DNA from: a bacterium
GTDB taxonomy: Bacteria > UBA8248
Assembly: GCA_965261085.1 (NCBI GenBank)
Contig: OZ253442.1
Span: 160,001 to 224,000, forward strand
Direction: 5' to 3'
DNA length: 64,000 bases
In this document: one piece after another, positions 20,746-29,955 of the stretch
How the letters are laid out: each line of letters starts with the position of its first letter
Numbering within the stretch: the first letter of the stretch is position 1
Position numbers and translations under genes: made by a program
Notes under the pieces: generated by a model
Databases searched by the model: none
Seen by the model: only the letters and a program-made list of their open reading frames with translations
Told to the model about the DNA's origin: nothing

Positions 20746-21560
20746 CCCACGCTCATCCCGCCCGCACTACGCTCCTGCTTCTCGCGATCTGCGCTTGCGT
20801 TCTGGTTCATCCGCTTGCCCCGCCGCACGCAGAGGGCGCGACGCCCGAAGAAATAGGGCTGAAGATCGCTAGCGAGACCCGCGAGAAAGCGAAAGGTTTT
20901 GGGAATTTCACGGCTGAGCAGAGCATGGTGCTGCGCAACAAGCACGGGCAGGAGAGCAGGCGCCGGCTCCGCGTGAAGGTTCTCGAGACGGACGGAGAAG
21001 GCAACAAGAGCCTGTTCGTCTTCGATCGCCCGCGCGACGTCAAAGGCACCGCGCTGCTCGTCCACACACACAAGAAGAAGAACGACGATCAATGGCTCTA
21101 CCTGCCCGCTCTCAAACGGGTCAAGCGCATCAGTTCGTCGAACCAGCCCGGCTCCTTCATGGGAAGCGAATTCGCTTATGAGGACATGGGCACCCAGGAG
21201 GTGGAGAAATACACCTACCGCTACCTGCGAGAGGAGCCTTGCGGCAAACTGACATGCACGGTCGTCGAACGCTTCCCGAGTAGCAAGAGGTCGGGCTACC
21301 GGCGCCAAATCGTCTGGCAGGACAAGGGCGAACTTCGCGCCTGGAAGGTGCAGTACTACGACCGGAAGAACTCACACTTAAAAACGCTCACGCTGGTGAA
21401 ATACAAGAAGTATCTGGATCGCTACTGGCAGGCCGGCGAAATGAAGATGGTGAACCACCTGACGGGCAAAAGCACCGTGCTGAGCTGGAAGGACTACAAG
21501 TTCCGCACCAACCTCAAAGACCGCGACTTCACCCGGACCGGGCTGAAACGGGTGCGCTGA
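20742..21560 (+). CDS. Outer-membrane lipoprotein-sorting (LolA-like) periplasmic protein
   Basis: Signal peptide; PRDVKGTALL, DDQWLYLPALKRVKRISS, FMGSEFAYED. Confidence 0.9.
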   Translation: MTHAHPARTTLLLLAICACVLVHPLAPPHAEGATPEEIGLKIASETREKAKGFGNFTAEQSMVLRNKHGQESRRRLRVKVLETDGEGNKSLFVFDRPRDVKGTALLVHTHKKKNDDQWLYLPALKRVKRISSSNQPGSFMGSEFAYEDMGTQEVEKYTYRYLREEPCGKLTCTVVERFPSSKRSGYRRQIVWQDKGELRAWKVQYYDRKNSHLKTLTLVKYKKYLDRYWQAGEMKMVNHLTGKSTVLSWKDYKFRTNLKDRDFTRTGLKRVR

Positions 21561-22804
21561 TGCCGCTGCGCGCCGCTCTTCACCGCGCGGTGCTCGCCGC
21601 CGTCCCCATCCTGGCCGTTTTCCTTCTCGCCGGGTCGAGCCAGGGGGCCGAAAGCATCGAGCACGAACTCTCCGGCAGCCTGGACGTCGACAGCCGGTGG
21701 TATCCCCAGGACGCGGCCCATCCCGGCCAGCGCGCACATGTGAGCGGTTTCGCCGCCGAGCCGAATCTCCATCTCAAAGATGAGGGCAACTGGAGTTTTA
21801 CTATCGCGCCGTTTTTTCGCTACGACGGGGCGGACTCGCGCCGCACCCACGCCGATCTGCGCGAAGCCTATCTCTTGGTGTTTGGTGAAATCGGCCATGG
21901 GGAATGGGAGTTACGACTGGGTGTGGACCGCGTGTTCTGGGGAGTCACCGAATCGCAGCACTTGGTCGACATCATCAACCAGACCGACCTCATCGAACAT
22001 CCGAACAAAGAGGCCAAACTGGGCCAGCCCATGGCCCACCTCACCTGGTCCACAGAGTGGGGCATCCTGGAACTCTTCGCCCTGACCTATCACCGCGCGC
22101 GCACCTTCCCGGGCCTCCATGGCCGCCTGCGCTCCTCGATTCTCATAGACGATGAACACGTTTCATACGAGAGCGCCGCCAAGGAGTGGCGCGTGGACCT
22201 CGCGGCGCGCTACAGCCACAGCTTCGGGCCTTTCGACTTAGGGTTCAGCGTATTCGAGGGCACCAGCCGGGAGCCTTTTTACATGCCGCGCGTGGACTCT
22301 ACCTTAAGTCAACACTACGAGCAGATACGCCAGTTCAGCGTGGACGCCCAACTCACCGTGGAGTCGTGGCTGTTCAAGCTCGAGGCCCTTCACCGCGAGG
22401 GCGCGCGAAACCTCCGGGGCGTGAAAGAGGACTACGCCGCTTTCGTTCTGGGCGGCGAATACACCTTCAACTCCATCTGGGGCTCGGCCGCCGACCTCGG
22501 CCTGCTCGCCGAATGGAATCACGATGAGCGGCGCGAGCATTCGAACTCCGAGTTCCAGAACGACTTCTTCCTCGCCGTTCGCCTGGCGCTTAACGACAAC
22601 CAGAGCACGGAGCTCATCGCCGGCATTCTGGCGGATATGGACCATACCACGCGCACCCTGAGCGTCGAATTGAGACGCCGCCTTTCGAATCAGTGGTCCC
22701 TGAAGCTCGAAGCGATTGTTCTCATGGAGGTCGACGAAGAGGACATCATCTATGACACGAGGCGGGACAGCTTCGTGGCGCTGAACGTAACGTACAACTT
22801 CTAG
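21560..22804 (+). CDS. Predicted outer-membrane beta-barrel protein
   Basis: Signal peptide, DLREAY, VFWGVTE..HLVDIINQTD, C-terminal VTYNF; typical third gene of MMPL/LolA-like operons. Confidence 0.75.
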   Translation: MPLRAALHRAVLAAVPILAVFLLAGSSQGAESIEHELSGSLDVDSRWYPQDAAHPGQRAHVSGFAAEPNLHLKDEGNWSFTIAPFFRYDGADSRRTHADLREAYLLVFGEIGHGEWELRLGVDRVFWGVTESQHLVDIINQTDLIEHPNKEAKLGQPMAHLTWSTEWGILELFALTYHRARTFPGLHGRLRSSILIDDEHVSYESAAKEWRVDLAARYSHSFGPFDLGFSVFEGTSREPFYMPRVDSTLSQHYEQIRQFSVDAQLTVESWLFKLEALHREGARNLRGVKEDYAAFVLGGEYTFNSIWGSAADLGLLAEWNHDERREHSNSEFQNDFFLAVRLALNDNQSTELIAGILADMDHTTRTLSVELRRRLSNQWSLKLEAIVLMEVDEEDIIYDTRRDSFVALNVTYNF

Positions 22805-22931
22805 GGTGGGTTTTTCTTGCGCCTCTGCGCCCTATGGAGTTGCCCCGTTTCGGTGGGCACCTTCGGACTGTGCGCAGGAGGTGTTCAGATGCCGAAAACC
22901 CACCCGCCCCGGATCCAGAAGCCATGGTGCG

Positions 22932-24638
22932 TCAGACGGGCAGTTCGCGCTTCTGCCCGGCGATGAGGAACTTCAGCTTTTTGCTCGGTTTCATCGACGG
23001 AAGCGGGCTGAACCGGAGCTTATAGTTCGCGGGGGACACCTCGAGGGTAAAGTAATGCGCGATCATCAGCACGTTGACGGCCAGTTGCAGTTCCACCCAC
23101 CGGGAGCCGAGACACGTGTGCGTGCCCAGCCCGTACGGCGCGTACCCGGGGCTACGGTGCTCGTTGCGTGGAGGCAGATAGCGGTCGATATCGAATGAGT
23201 AGGGGTCCGGGAAGACGTCGTCCATGTAATGCGAGGCCGTCTGGGCAATGTAGATCCGTGACCCCACCGGTAGTTCGTAACCCTCGACCACAAACGAATT
23301 CATCACGTCTCGCATAGACATCGGGACAATCGGGTACATGCGCAGGCACTCCATGAGGAAGCGGTGCGTGACGTCGATCGCGGATGGGGTGAAGTCCTCG
23401 CCATCCGGATCGCCGTTGCCAAGGGCATCGGCTTCACTCCGGATTCTGTCGTAGAGCGCGGGCTGTGACGCCATGGCGTAAACCGCGAAGCTAAACGCAT
23501 CGCCAAGGTACACGCTGGCAATCAGCGCTGCCGATAGAGCGAAACGCAGATTCGACTCCGGCACCAACTGCGGATCGCTCGCGTGCAGGCTTAGCAGGTC
23601 ATCCGCAAGGTTCCGCGGGCAACCTGCCCGCTGGGCGGGCGTATGGCCGCTCTGGATCCGTTCCAGCAACGTGTCGACGGCTTTCGCCCGGCGTTTCATT
23701 CCCGGGGTCTTCAGCATGAATTTGGGCAGGGCTTTTACGATGTGGGTGTTGAGCGCCCGTTCCTTGTAGGTCATCAGATCGTCGATGATATCCTGCGAAT
23801 CAACGCTGACGGAGAGAGGTGAGATTTGCGCGTTAATCATCCGTCGGCACATGCGCGTAGCAGGGTAGGAGTCACCAACCGCCCAATCCGCCATGAATTT
23901 ACGGGCGTGATGGTAGAGTTGGTCCAACTGACCCGCCAGTCTCCCGCGTGAATACGCCGGCGACATAGCCTTGCGAAGCCGGAAATGATCGGCGCCATCG
24001 AGGGAAGGCAATACTCCGGACGCACCATAGGCTTTTTCGAAGTCGGCAAAATAGTCCTTGGCCCTCAGGTACATCCGCCCGTGCCGATGCCTCCAGCGGT
24101 TTATCCGTGGCCCGGCGAGGAAGATCATGGGTTTCGCAAACGGCCGACGGATTTTGAACACCGGCCCATACTTTTTTGCAAGGTCTGTAAAGATCGCGGG
24201 AATGTTGCCAGTACGCAGATGTGGATTGAGCAGCAGCCGATGAAGCGAGACAGTCGGAATATGCTTGTTCAGGGAGGAACGTCGAAGCATCGGGCTGGCG
24301 ATATTGTGTTCGACCGCATCGGCTATGGAACGGCCGATCAGGTCCATCTTGCAGATGAACTCGATGCGCTCTTCCGCCACTTCATCAAGTTCGAATATGA
24401 AGCGAAAGACGTCGCACGTATTGACCAGGCAAATTATGATGATTTCTCTCGGAGCAGGAATCGTGGCGTTAAAGATATACTCGCTGATACGCGTTTTGAT
24501 GAACTGACCTGCATTGTCTTCCTGGGAGTCGCCGTCCAAGCCCGCGTGCCGGGTAGCAGGAGCCAGCGTCCAGAACTCGCCGTCATGGTGTTGCAGGATA
24601 TCGAGATCAACCAAGCGGTCCAGAGGTACGGACATCAT
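22932..24638 (-). CDS. Cytochrome P450 with N-terminal GPP34 (GOLPH3)-like fragment; 5' end apparently damaged
   Basis: ECLR (ExxR), FPDPYSFDIDRY, YGLGTHTCLG heme motif. The N-terminal LDRLVDLDILQH..IPAPREIIIICLVNTC resembles the second half of bacterial GPP34 domains (from memory). Confidence 0.85.
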   Translation of the reverse strand: MMSVPLDRLVDLDILQHHDGEFWTLAPATRHAGLDGDSQEDNAGQFIKTRISEYIFNATIPAPREIIIICLVNTCDVFRFIFELDEVAEERIEFICKMDLIGRSIADAVEHNIASPMLRRSSLNKHIPTVSLHRLLLNPHLRTGNIPAIFTDLAKKYGPVFKIRRPFAKPMIFLAGPRINRWRHRHGRMYLRAKDYFADFEKAYGASGVLPSLDGADHFRLRKAMSPAYSRGRLAGQLDQLYHHARKFMADWAVGDSYPATRMCRRMINAQISPLSVSVDSQDIIDDLMTYKERALNTHIVKALPKFMLKTPGMKRRAKAVDTLLERIQSGHTPAQRAGCPRNLADDLLSLHASDPQLVPESNLRFALSAALIASVYLGDAFSFAVYAMASQPALYDRIRSEADALGNGDPDGEDFTPSAIDVTHRFLMECLRMYPIVPMSMRDVMNSFVVEGYELPVGSRIYIAQTASHYMDDVFPDPYSFDIDRYLPPRNEHRSPGYAPYGLGTHTCLGSRWVELQLAVNVLMIAHYFTLEVSPANYKLRFSPLPSMKPSKKLKFLIAGQKRELPV

Positions 24639-24933
24639 GGCCTCGCTGTCCGGCGGCTCATAGCCGCGGCAAACCCGCCGGTTCTATGGGCGGTTGTTGA
24701 CTGGAGATGGATCTCGATCTTCGCAACGCGGCTTGCGCATGAGAGCGTTAGTGAGTATGTCAGGGCCTGTACATGAAGCGATCTGACCCGCAATCCAATC
24801 GACACAGCCAGGCCAGGTGGGCCGGCCGGCGACTGCTTTGACGAGGATCGAGGCGGAGAAGAGACCGGATTGCATCGCTTCATTGAGCGATTTTGGAGAT
24901 GAGTTCGAGTCGACCTGAACACGAGGAGAGTCC

Positions 24934-25860
24934 ATGAGATTGATTTCACATCGGAAAAATTTTCGTAATCGAATGATCGTTGCGGTGGCCGCCCTCGCCG
25001 TGTTCCTTCTGCCGGCGTTCGCAACCGATGCGCGCGCCGCGGATTCGGGTGCGAAAGCGGCGGATTCGAAATGGTACGCCAGTTTTAACGTGCCGGTCAT
25101 GTTCATCGACGACTCGGTGAGCGTCTCGGCAGGCACCGCCCCTGGCCCAGACGGCACGCCAAACCAAGTCCCGTACACTTCGAACGCCACCAACGAGTAC
25201 GATACGGGGTTCAGGATCAGCGGCGCCGTGGGCTATGAATTCGGCTCTGGCTTACGTGTCGAGGGCGAGGTGTTCTTCGCCAGGGCCGACGTCAGCAAGC
25301 TGACTTTCACCGGAATCTCCAGTCCCTTGTTGCAAAAGTTTCCAAATGCCGAAGTTCCGCCCAGGGACATCCCCATCTCCGGCCCTGCGGGCCAATTCGG
25401 CGGCATGCTGAACGTCTGGTACGACTTCAGCACCGCTTCGCGCTGGAAACCCTACCTCGGCGGCGGCCTCGGCTTCATGCGGGTCAACCAGGGCGACCTG
25501 GAGTATGACCCCCGAGGACCCGCGATAGCGATTGCGGAAGCGGCTGCGCTGGCAAGAATTCCTCCGAACCTGCCTCCACAGGCCCTAGAACCAGCCCGAC
25601 AACAAGCCCTGAGCATGGCCCGGGATAGTGTGCCCCCGGGGACCATACCCGAGGTTTCCGGCACCGACACGGGGTTCGCCTATCAGATCGGCGTGGGGCT
25701 TGGCTACGAGTATTCCGACACCATTACCTTCCAGGTGGGCTACCGCCTGTTGAAAACCAGCGAGTTTGAGTTCACCGGCCAGAATGCGGCTGCAACGGTC
25801 AAGGCGACGACCGATTTGCAAGTGCATCTTTTCGAGATAGGGATACGCTATCGATTCTAG
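24934..25860 (+). CDS. Outer-membrane beta-barrel (8-stranded surface-antigen/opacity-like)
   Basis: Signal peptide, GAVGYEF..GLRVEGE, NVWYDF, PYLGGGLG, FAYQIGVG, terminal GIRYRF; RBS GAGGAG. Confidence 0.88.
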   Translation: MRLISHRKNFRNRMIVAVAALAVFLLPAFATDARAADSGAKAADSKWYASFNVPVMFIDDSVSVSAGTAPGPDGTPNQVPYTSNATNEYDTGFRISGAVGYEFGSGLRVEGEVFFARADVSKLTFTGISSPLLQKFPNAEVPPRDIPISGPAGQFGGMLNVWYDFSTASRWKPYLGGGLGFMRVNQGDLEYDPRGPAIAIAEAAALARIPPNLPPQALEPARQQALSMARDSVPPGTIPEVSGTDTGFAYQIGVGLGYEYSDTITFQVGYRLLKTSEFEFTGQNAAATVKATTDLQVHLFEIGIRYRF

Positions 25861-25945
25861 GCGTCAGGTCTAGCCTTACGACCTCTCGCGACGCCTTGCT
25901 CATAGGCGAAGTCACAGCCTTAAAGCCAGGGGATGACGGATACCG

Positions 25946-26977
25946 ATGAAAGCCGGTCGAAACGAGCTAAAAGACCTGACTTCGCTTTCTCCATTTCCGG
26001 AAGGCTGGTACTTCATCGCCGGCCGAAAAACGATAGAGAAGAAAAAGCTGATTCAAAGAACCTGGATGGGTGAGCAAATCGTCGTCTGGTGCGACGAGGA
26101 GGGACGCATCTGTGTGGCCGAGGATCTCTGTCCGCATCTGGGATCGGAACTCGGGCCCGAAGTCGGGGGCGTGGTGCGCAACGGTTGCCTCGTTTGTCCT
26201 TTTCACGGGTTCGAGTACGACGCCACCGGTCAATGCGTTGCGACGCCCTACGCGCCGGCGCCCAAGACCGCCAGGCTGAAGGTGTTCGAGACGCGCGAAA
26301 TTCTGGGCCTCGTCTTCGCCTGGTGGGGCAGCGGCGGACGGCCGCCGCAATGGAGCCTTCCGGAAGCGCCGAGCGGAACCGACTGGTCCGAATTGGAAAC
26401 CTGGAGCGTCCGGTTCCCGGGGCATCCTCAGGAAACGACCGAGAACTCCGTTGACGACGGACATCTGCGCTACGTGCACGGCTACAACAGTGTGAACCGG
26501 ATCGGATCGATAGAGGTGGACGGCGCCTACCTCAAGGGTAGCTTCGACTTCAAGCGAACCCAGACCATCGCCGGGATAAAGGTCTACGTATACGATGTTT
26601 CCGCCGTCACCCACGTGTACGGATTAGGCTATTCGTACGTCGAGGTTCGCGAGCATGGCATCGGCATGGATACGCGTCTGTGGGTGCTCGCAACGCCCAT
26701 CGACGGCAATGTCGTCGAAATGGTGCTGGTCAGCCAGGTGAAGCGAATACGGAAGCCGAAGCGGCCGATCATCGGCATGCGCTTCCTGCCGTCCGGCCTG
26801 CGCACCTGGCTCATGAGCAAAATCATCATAGCGGCCCTGAAGCGGGACGTTTTAATGGACGTCGTCATATGGGGCAGAAAACATTATGCGCCTCGTCCCC
26901 GCCTGTGCGGCTCGGACGGGGAGATTGGAGTATTTCGGCGTTATTGCGAGCAATTCTATCCGGATAGTCCGGATTGA
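25946..26977 (+). CDS. Rieske non-heme iron oxygenase (KshA/cholesterol 7-desaturase-like)
   Basis: FPEGWY, CPHLG and CPFHG Rieske ligands, ENSVDDGHLRYVH iron site, D..IW.RK, DGEIG.FRRY..QFY. Confidence 0.9.
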   Translation: MKAGRNELKDLTSLSPFPEGWYFIAGRKTIEKKKLIQRTWMGEQIVVWCDEEGRICVAEDLCPHLGSELGPEVGGVVRNGCLVCPFHGFEYDATGQCVATPYAPAPKTARLKVFETREILGLVFAWWGSGGRPPQWSLPEAPSGTDWSELETWSVRFPGHPQETTENSVDDGHLRYVHGYNSVNRIGSIEVDGAYLKGSFDFKRTQTIAGIKVYVYDVSAVTHVYGLGYSYVEVREHGIGMDTRLWVLATPIDGNVVEMVLVSQVKRIRKPKRPIIGMRFLPSGLRTWLMSKIIIAALKRDVLMDVVIWGRKHYAPRPRLCGSDGEIGVFRRYCEQFYPDSPD

Positions 26978-26995
26978 GTTCAGACGGACGAGGCG

Positions 26996-28354
26996 ATGCC
27001 TAGAAAAGTTGCCATTATCGGTGCAGGAGTCTCGGGACTGGGGGTCGCCTGGGCGCTGCATCAGCACCCTGATCGATTCGAATTTCGACTGTTCGAAGCG
27101 CAGGCTCAGGTCGGCGGCAACGCCATTACGGCCGACATGCCGCAAGACGACGGCACCTCGATTCCGTTCGATATTTCCGTCACCGCGTGCATTCCCTCGG
27201 TATACCACCATATTCTTCTGCTCATGCGGCGATACGGTATCGAGCTGGTCGATACCAGGTTCAGCTACAGCGTGAAGTATCGCGGCGGCGTCTACGCCCA
27301 CGATTTCGACTCCGACATCAAGAGGCAGTTGCAACCGGAAATCGAGAAATTCCAAAAACTCCTGAGACGCCTAAAATGGTTTGGCCGGCTCAACCGAACG
27401 AGGTCCAGATTGCTCAATGCCCTCAACCCGTTCAACTACGTCAGCATGGGCGCGATTCTCAACTTCGGCAGGTTCTCCGGAGATTTCAGGTACAAGATAC
27501 TGAAGCCCATGTTCGTCAACTTCCTGATGGCCACGAACGTGTTCGACATGCCCGCGTCCCTGTTTTCCCGGTATCTGGAGTTCTTTGATATTGAAACCGC
27601 AACCCCGATGCAGACCTGGGACCGGGGGACGCGGCGCATCTATGAAGAATTGTCGGCCGCCTTTCAGGACAAGATATACCTCGACCGGCCGGTTCGAAAA
27701 GTATACCGGCGTGCATCCGGCGTCGACGTAGAGGATGAAGACGGAAACACGGAGACGTTTGATGACGTGGTTTTCGCGTGCAACGCGAATCAAACGCTGA
27801 TGATCCTGGATAAACCGACGTACCTGGAGAACTGGCTTCTCTCTTCGATCCGTTACGAGAGCGAACTGCACAACCATACGGTCGTTCATTCGGACGCCTC
27901 GGTTCTCCCGGACAACGCCGTCAAGCCGCTCGCCACTCGCAGCAACCACATCGAGCAATACGGTGTGAGACCCGACAACTACGAAATCACCTACATCATG
28001 CACAATCTGCAGCCCTGGGTGAGGCGATCGGACAAGCCATGCCTCGTGACCTACAATCCGATTAGTCGTATCGACGAAGGCAAGATCGTCAAGAAGTGGT
28101 GGTTTCAGCACATCGTGCACGACGTGCCTCACGTGGCCTTTCTCATCCATTTGTTTCGCTTTGTTCAGGGCAGGAGGCGAACGTGGCACTGTGGCGCCCA
28201 CACTCTGATTAACAGCCAGGAGACCTGTTTCGTGTCCGGCCTCGTGACGGCGAGACAGATCGGAGCAGACTATCCCTTTCAGGATTCCGAAGCGAGGAAG
28301 TGGTTCAACTTTTACGGGCGCATGATGTACGGTCGGCGCTTCAGAAAGGCGTGA
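26996..28354 (+). CDS. FAD-dependent oxidoreductase (flavin amine oxidase-like)
   Basis: IIGAGVSGL, FEA...VGG, QGRRRTWHCGA..NSQE...SGL. Confidence 0.88.
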   Translation: MPRKVAIIGAGVSGLGVAWALHQHPDRFEFRLFEAQAQVGGNAITADMPQDDGTSIPFDISVTACIPSVYHHILLLMRRYGIELVDTRFSYSVKYRGGVYAHDFDSDIKRQLQPEIEKFQKLLRRLKWFGRLNRTRSRLLNALNPFNYVSMGAILNFGRFSGDFRYKILKPMFVNFLMATNVFDMPASLFSRYLEFFDIETATPMQTWDRGTRRIYEELSAAFQDKIYLDRPVRKVYRRASGVDVEDEDGNTETFDDVVFACNANQTLMILDKPTYLENWLLSSIRYESELHNHTVVHSDASVLPDNAVKPLATRSNHIEQYGVRPDNYEITYIMHNLQPWVRRSDKPCLVTYNPISRIDEGKIVKKWWFQHIVHDVPHVAFLIHLFRFVQGRRRTWHCGAHTLINSQETCFVSGLVTARQIGADYPFQDSEARKWFNFYGRMMYGRRFRKA

Positions 28355-28430
28355 GCCAGGGCTTGATTTGCGCGGTGAGGGCGCACACCCATCTCGTCTG
28401 AGGAGCAGGGCTAAAAATCGCGCGCAAACT

Positions 28431-28608
28431 CTCGCCGGGGGGATTGCGGGCGAACGAAGAAGCAGGAAAACCCGTCCGGAATCGGCTGAAAAATCTATTG
28501 CATAAGAGAACGTATGGATAGTATATTAAAGGAGTTGTAAGGATATGTTAAAGAAAAATGGAACAAACGGGTGCAGAAGTTACCTTCACGAGGGCGTTCT
28601 CTAAGTTC
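28431..28608 (+). repeat. Degenerate copy of the livF-tail/promoter/leader module
   Basis: CTCGCCGG..GGGCGAACGAAGAAGCAGGAAAACCCGTCCGGAATCGGCTGAAA..TTGCAT..TAGTAT..AGTTGTAAGGA..CACGAGGGCGTT. Confidence 0.75.
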
Positions 28609-28720
28609 TATCTACGCTGACGAGTATAAGTTCTTGACTTTATTCGATATGAATTCATACTTCTAAAGTCTTGTAGATTCGTGAACTCATGGAGCTAAAC
28701 TTCGGGGAGGGTCTGATAAG

Positions 28721-29885
28721 ATGACGGAAACCCCATCGGCATACGTTGAGGGTTACGAGAAGAAGGTTCTTCCCCACGATAAAGCCCCGGCCGACAACTA
28801 TATCAAGCACACCATGATTGGCGACCCCGTGATGGACGAGATCATGGAGGAACTCTCCTCGTTGCCTCCCAGGAACCTGCATCGGTTCGTCGAGGCCGGC
28901 ATAGAGCAGCAGGATGATACCCTGGCAATTGCGCCAAAAATCCTGCGCGATTTCTTCTACAATTTTGAAGAACCTCCCTGGCTCGATTACGAAGCCTTCC
29001 GTCCGGGGATTCGCTCCTTTAACGTAACCGTAGACCTCATGCTCACCGCATTCGTGACGGGGGTGCTGGTGCAGGGCTTCTCGACGCTTATCGCCAAATC
29101 TTTCTCGATACCGGGCGAGTGGCGATGACCAAAAGACGCCTCCAGCAGAACAACCGCCACATGATGGAGATTTTTTTTCCGGCGGGATGATGAGGAGCGG
29201 CGATGGATGGAAGCTGTCCATGCGGATTCGCTTCATTCATGCCCGAATCAGGCACCTGCTGAATAATTCCGAGGATTGGGACCACGGAGCCTGGGGCGCG
29301 CCGGTAAGCGCGGCGCACCTGGGTTTCGCCATCTCCGTCTTCTCCATGCGCCTGTTGGAATACTCGATGGCAATGGGCGCGCGCTACAACAAGGAAGAAC
29401 AAGAAAGCGTTCTTGCCATTTGGCGCTACTCCGGCTATCTCATGGGGATACCCGAAACCATCCTCTATACCACAGGTGCTGAGGCGCAAAAATTATACGA
29501 GATCGGCTATATGTGCGAACCCCGGGCGGACGCCGACTCGGTAGCCGTGGCGAATACTTTGATCACGGCCATTCCGATAGTCGCGGGCGTAACGGATCCG
29601 GATGAGAAGAAAGAGTTGACGAATCTGGCCTACCGCCTTTCGCGGTCGTTGATAGGAAAAGACCTCGCTGAGCAGTTCGAATTCCCGAAGTTCTCTTTCT
29701 TTGAAAACGCGACGACCCTGTTCAGTTTCCGGATAAAACAACGCATCCAGCGATTTTTGAACAACAAACAGTTCGTCAGATCACAGAATTTCTCCCAGCT
29801 TATCCAAATCTCGGTGTAAGACGAGGGTGGACTGAGCTACAAGATGCCCGACCACGTACACACGGCAGAATCAAGCGACTGGTAA
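28721..29885 (+). pseudogene. DUF2236 / MpaB-Lcp-like oxygenase, interrupted
   Basis: GDPVMD, EPPWLD, GDGWK...RIRFIHA.IR, WGAPVS, WRYSGYLMGIP. Frameshifts near 29110 and 29180; in-frame TAA at 29817 is followed by DEGGLSYKMPDHVHTAESSDW*. Confidence 0.8.
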
Positions 29886-29955
29886 GCGATGTTCGTGATT
29901 TGGCGCAGCTACAAAAATCAGCCCACAGCCGCACCCGGCCCGTGATCCCAAGGCG

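Noticed and set aside
29817-29819. Stop readthrough in the DUF2236 gene
   Set aside because: The codon is TAA, not TGA/TAG, and the gene has other lesions.
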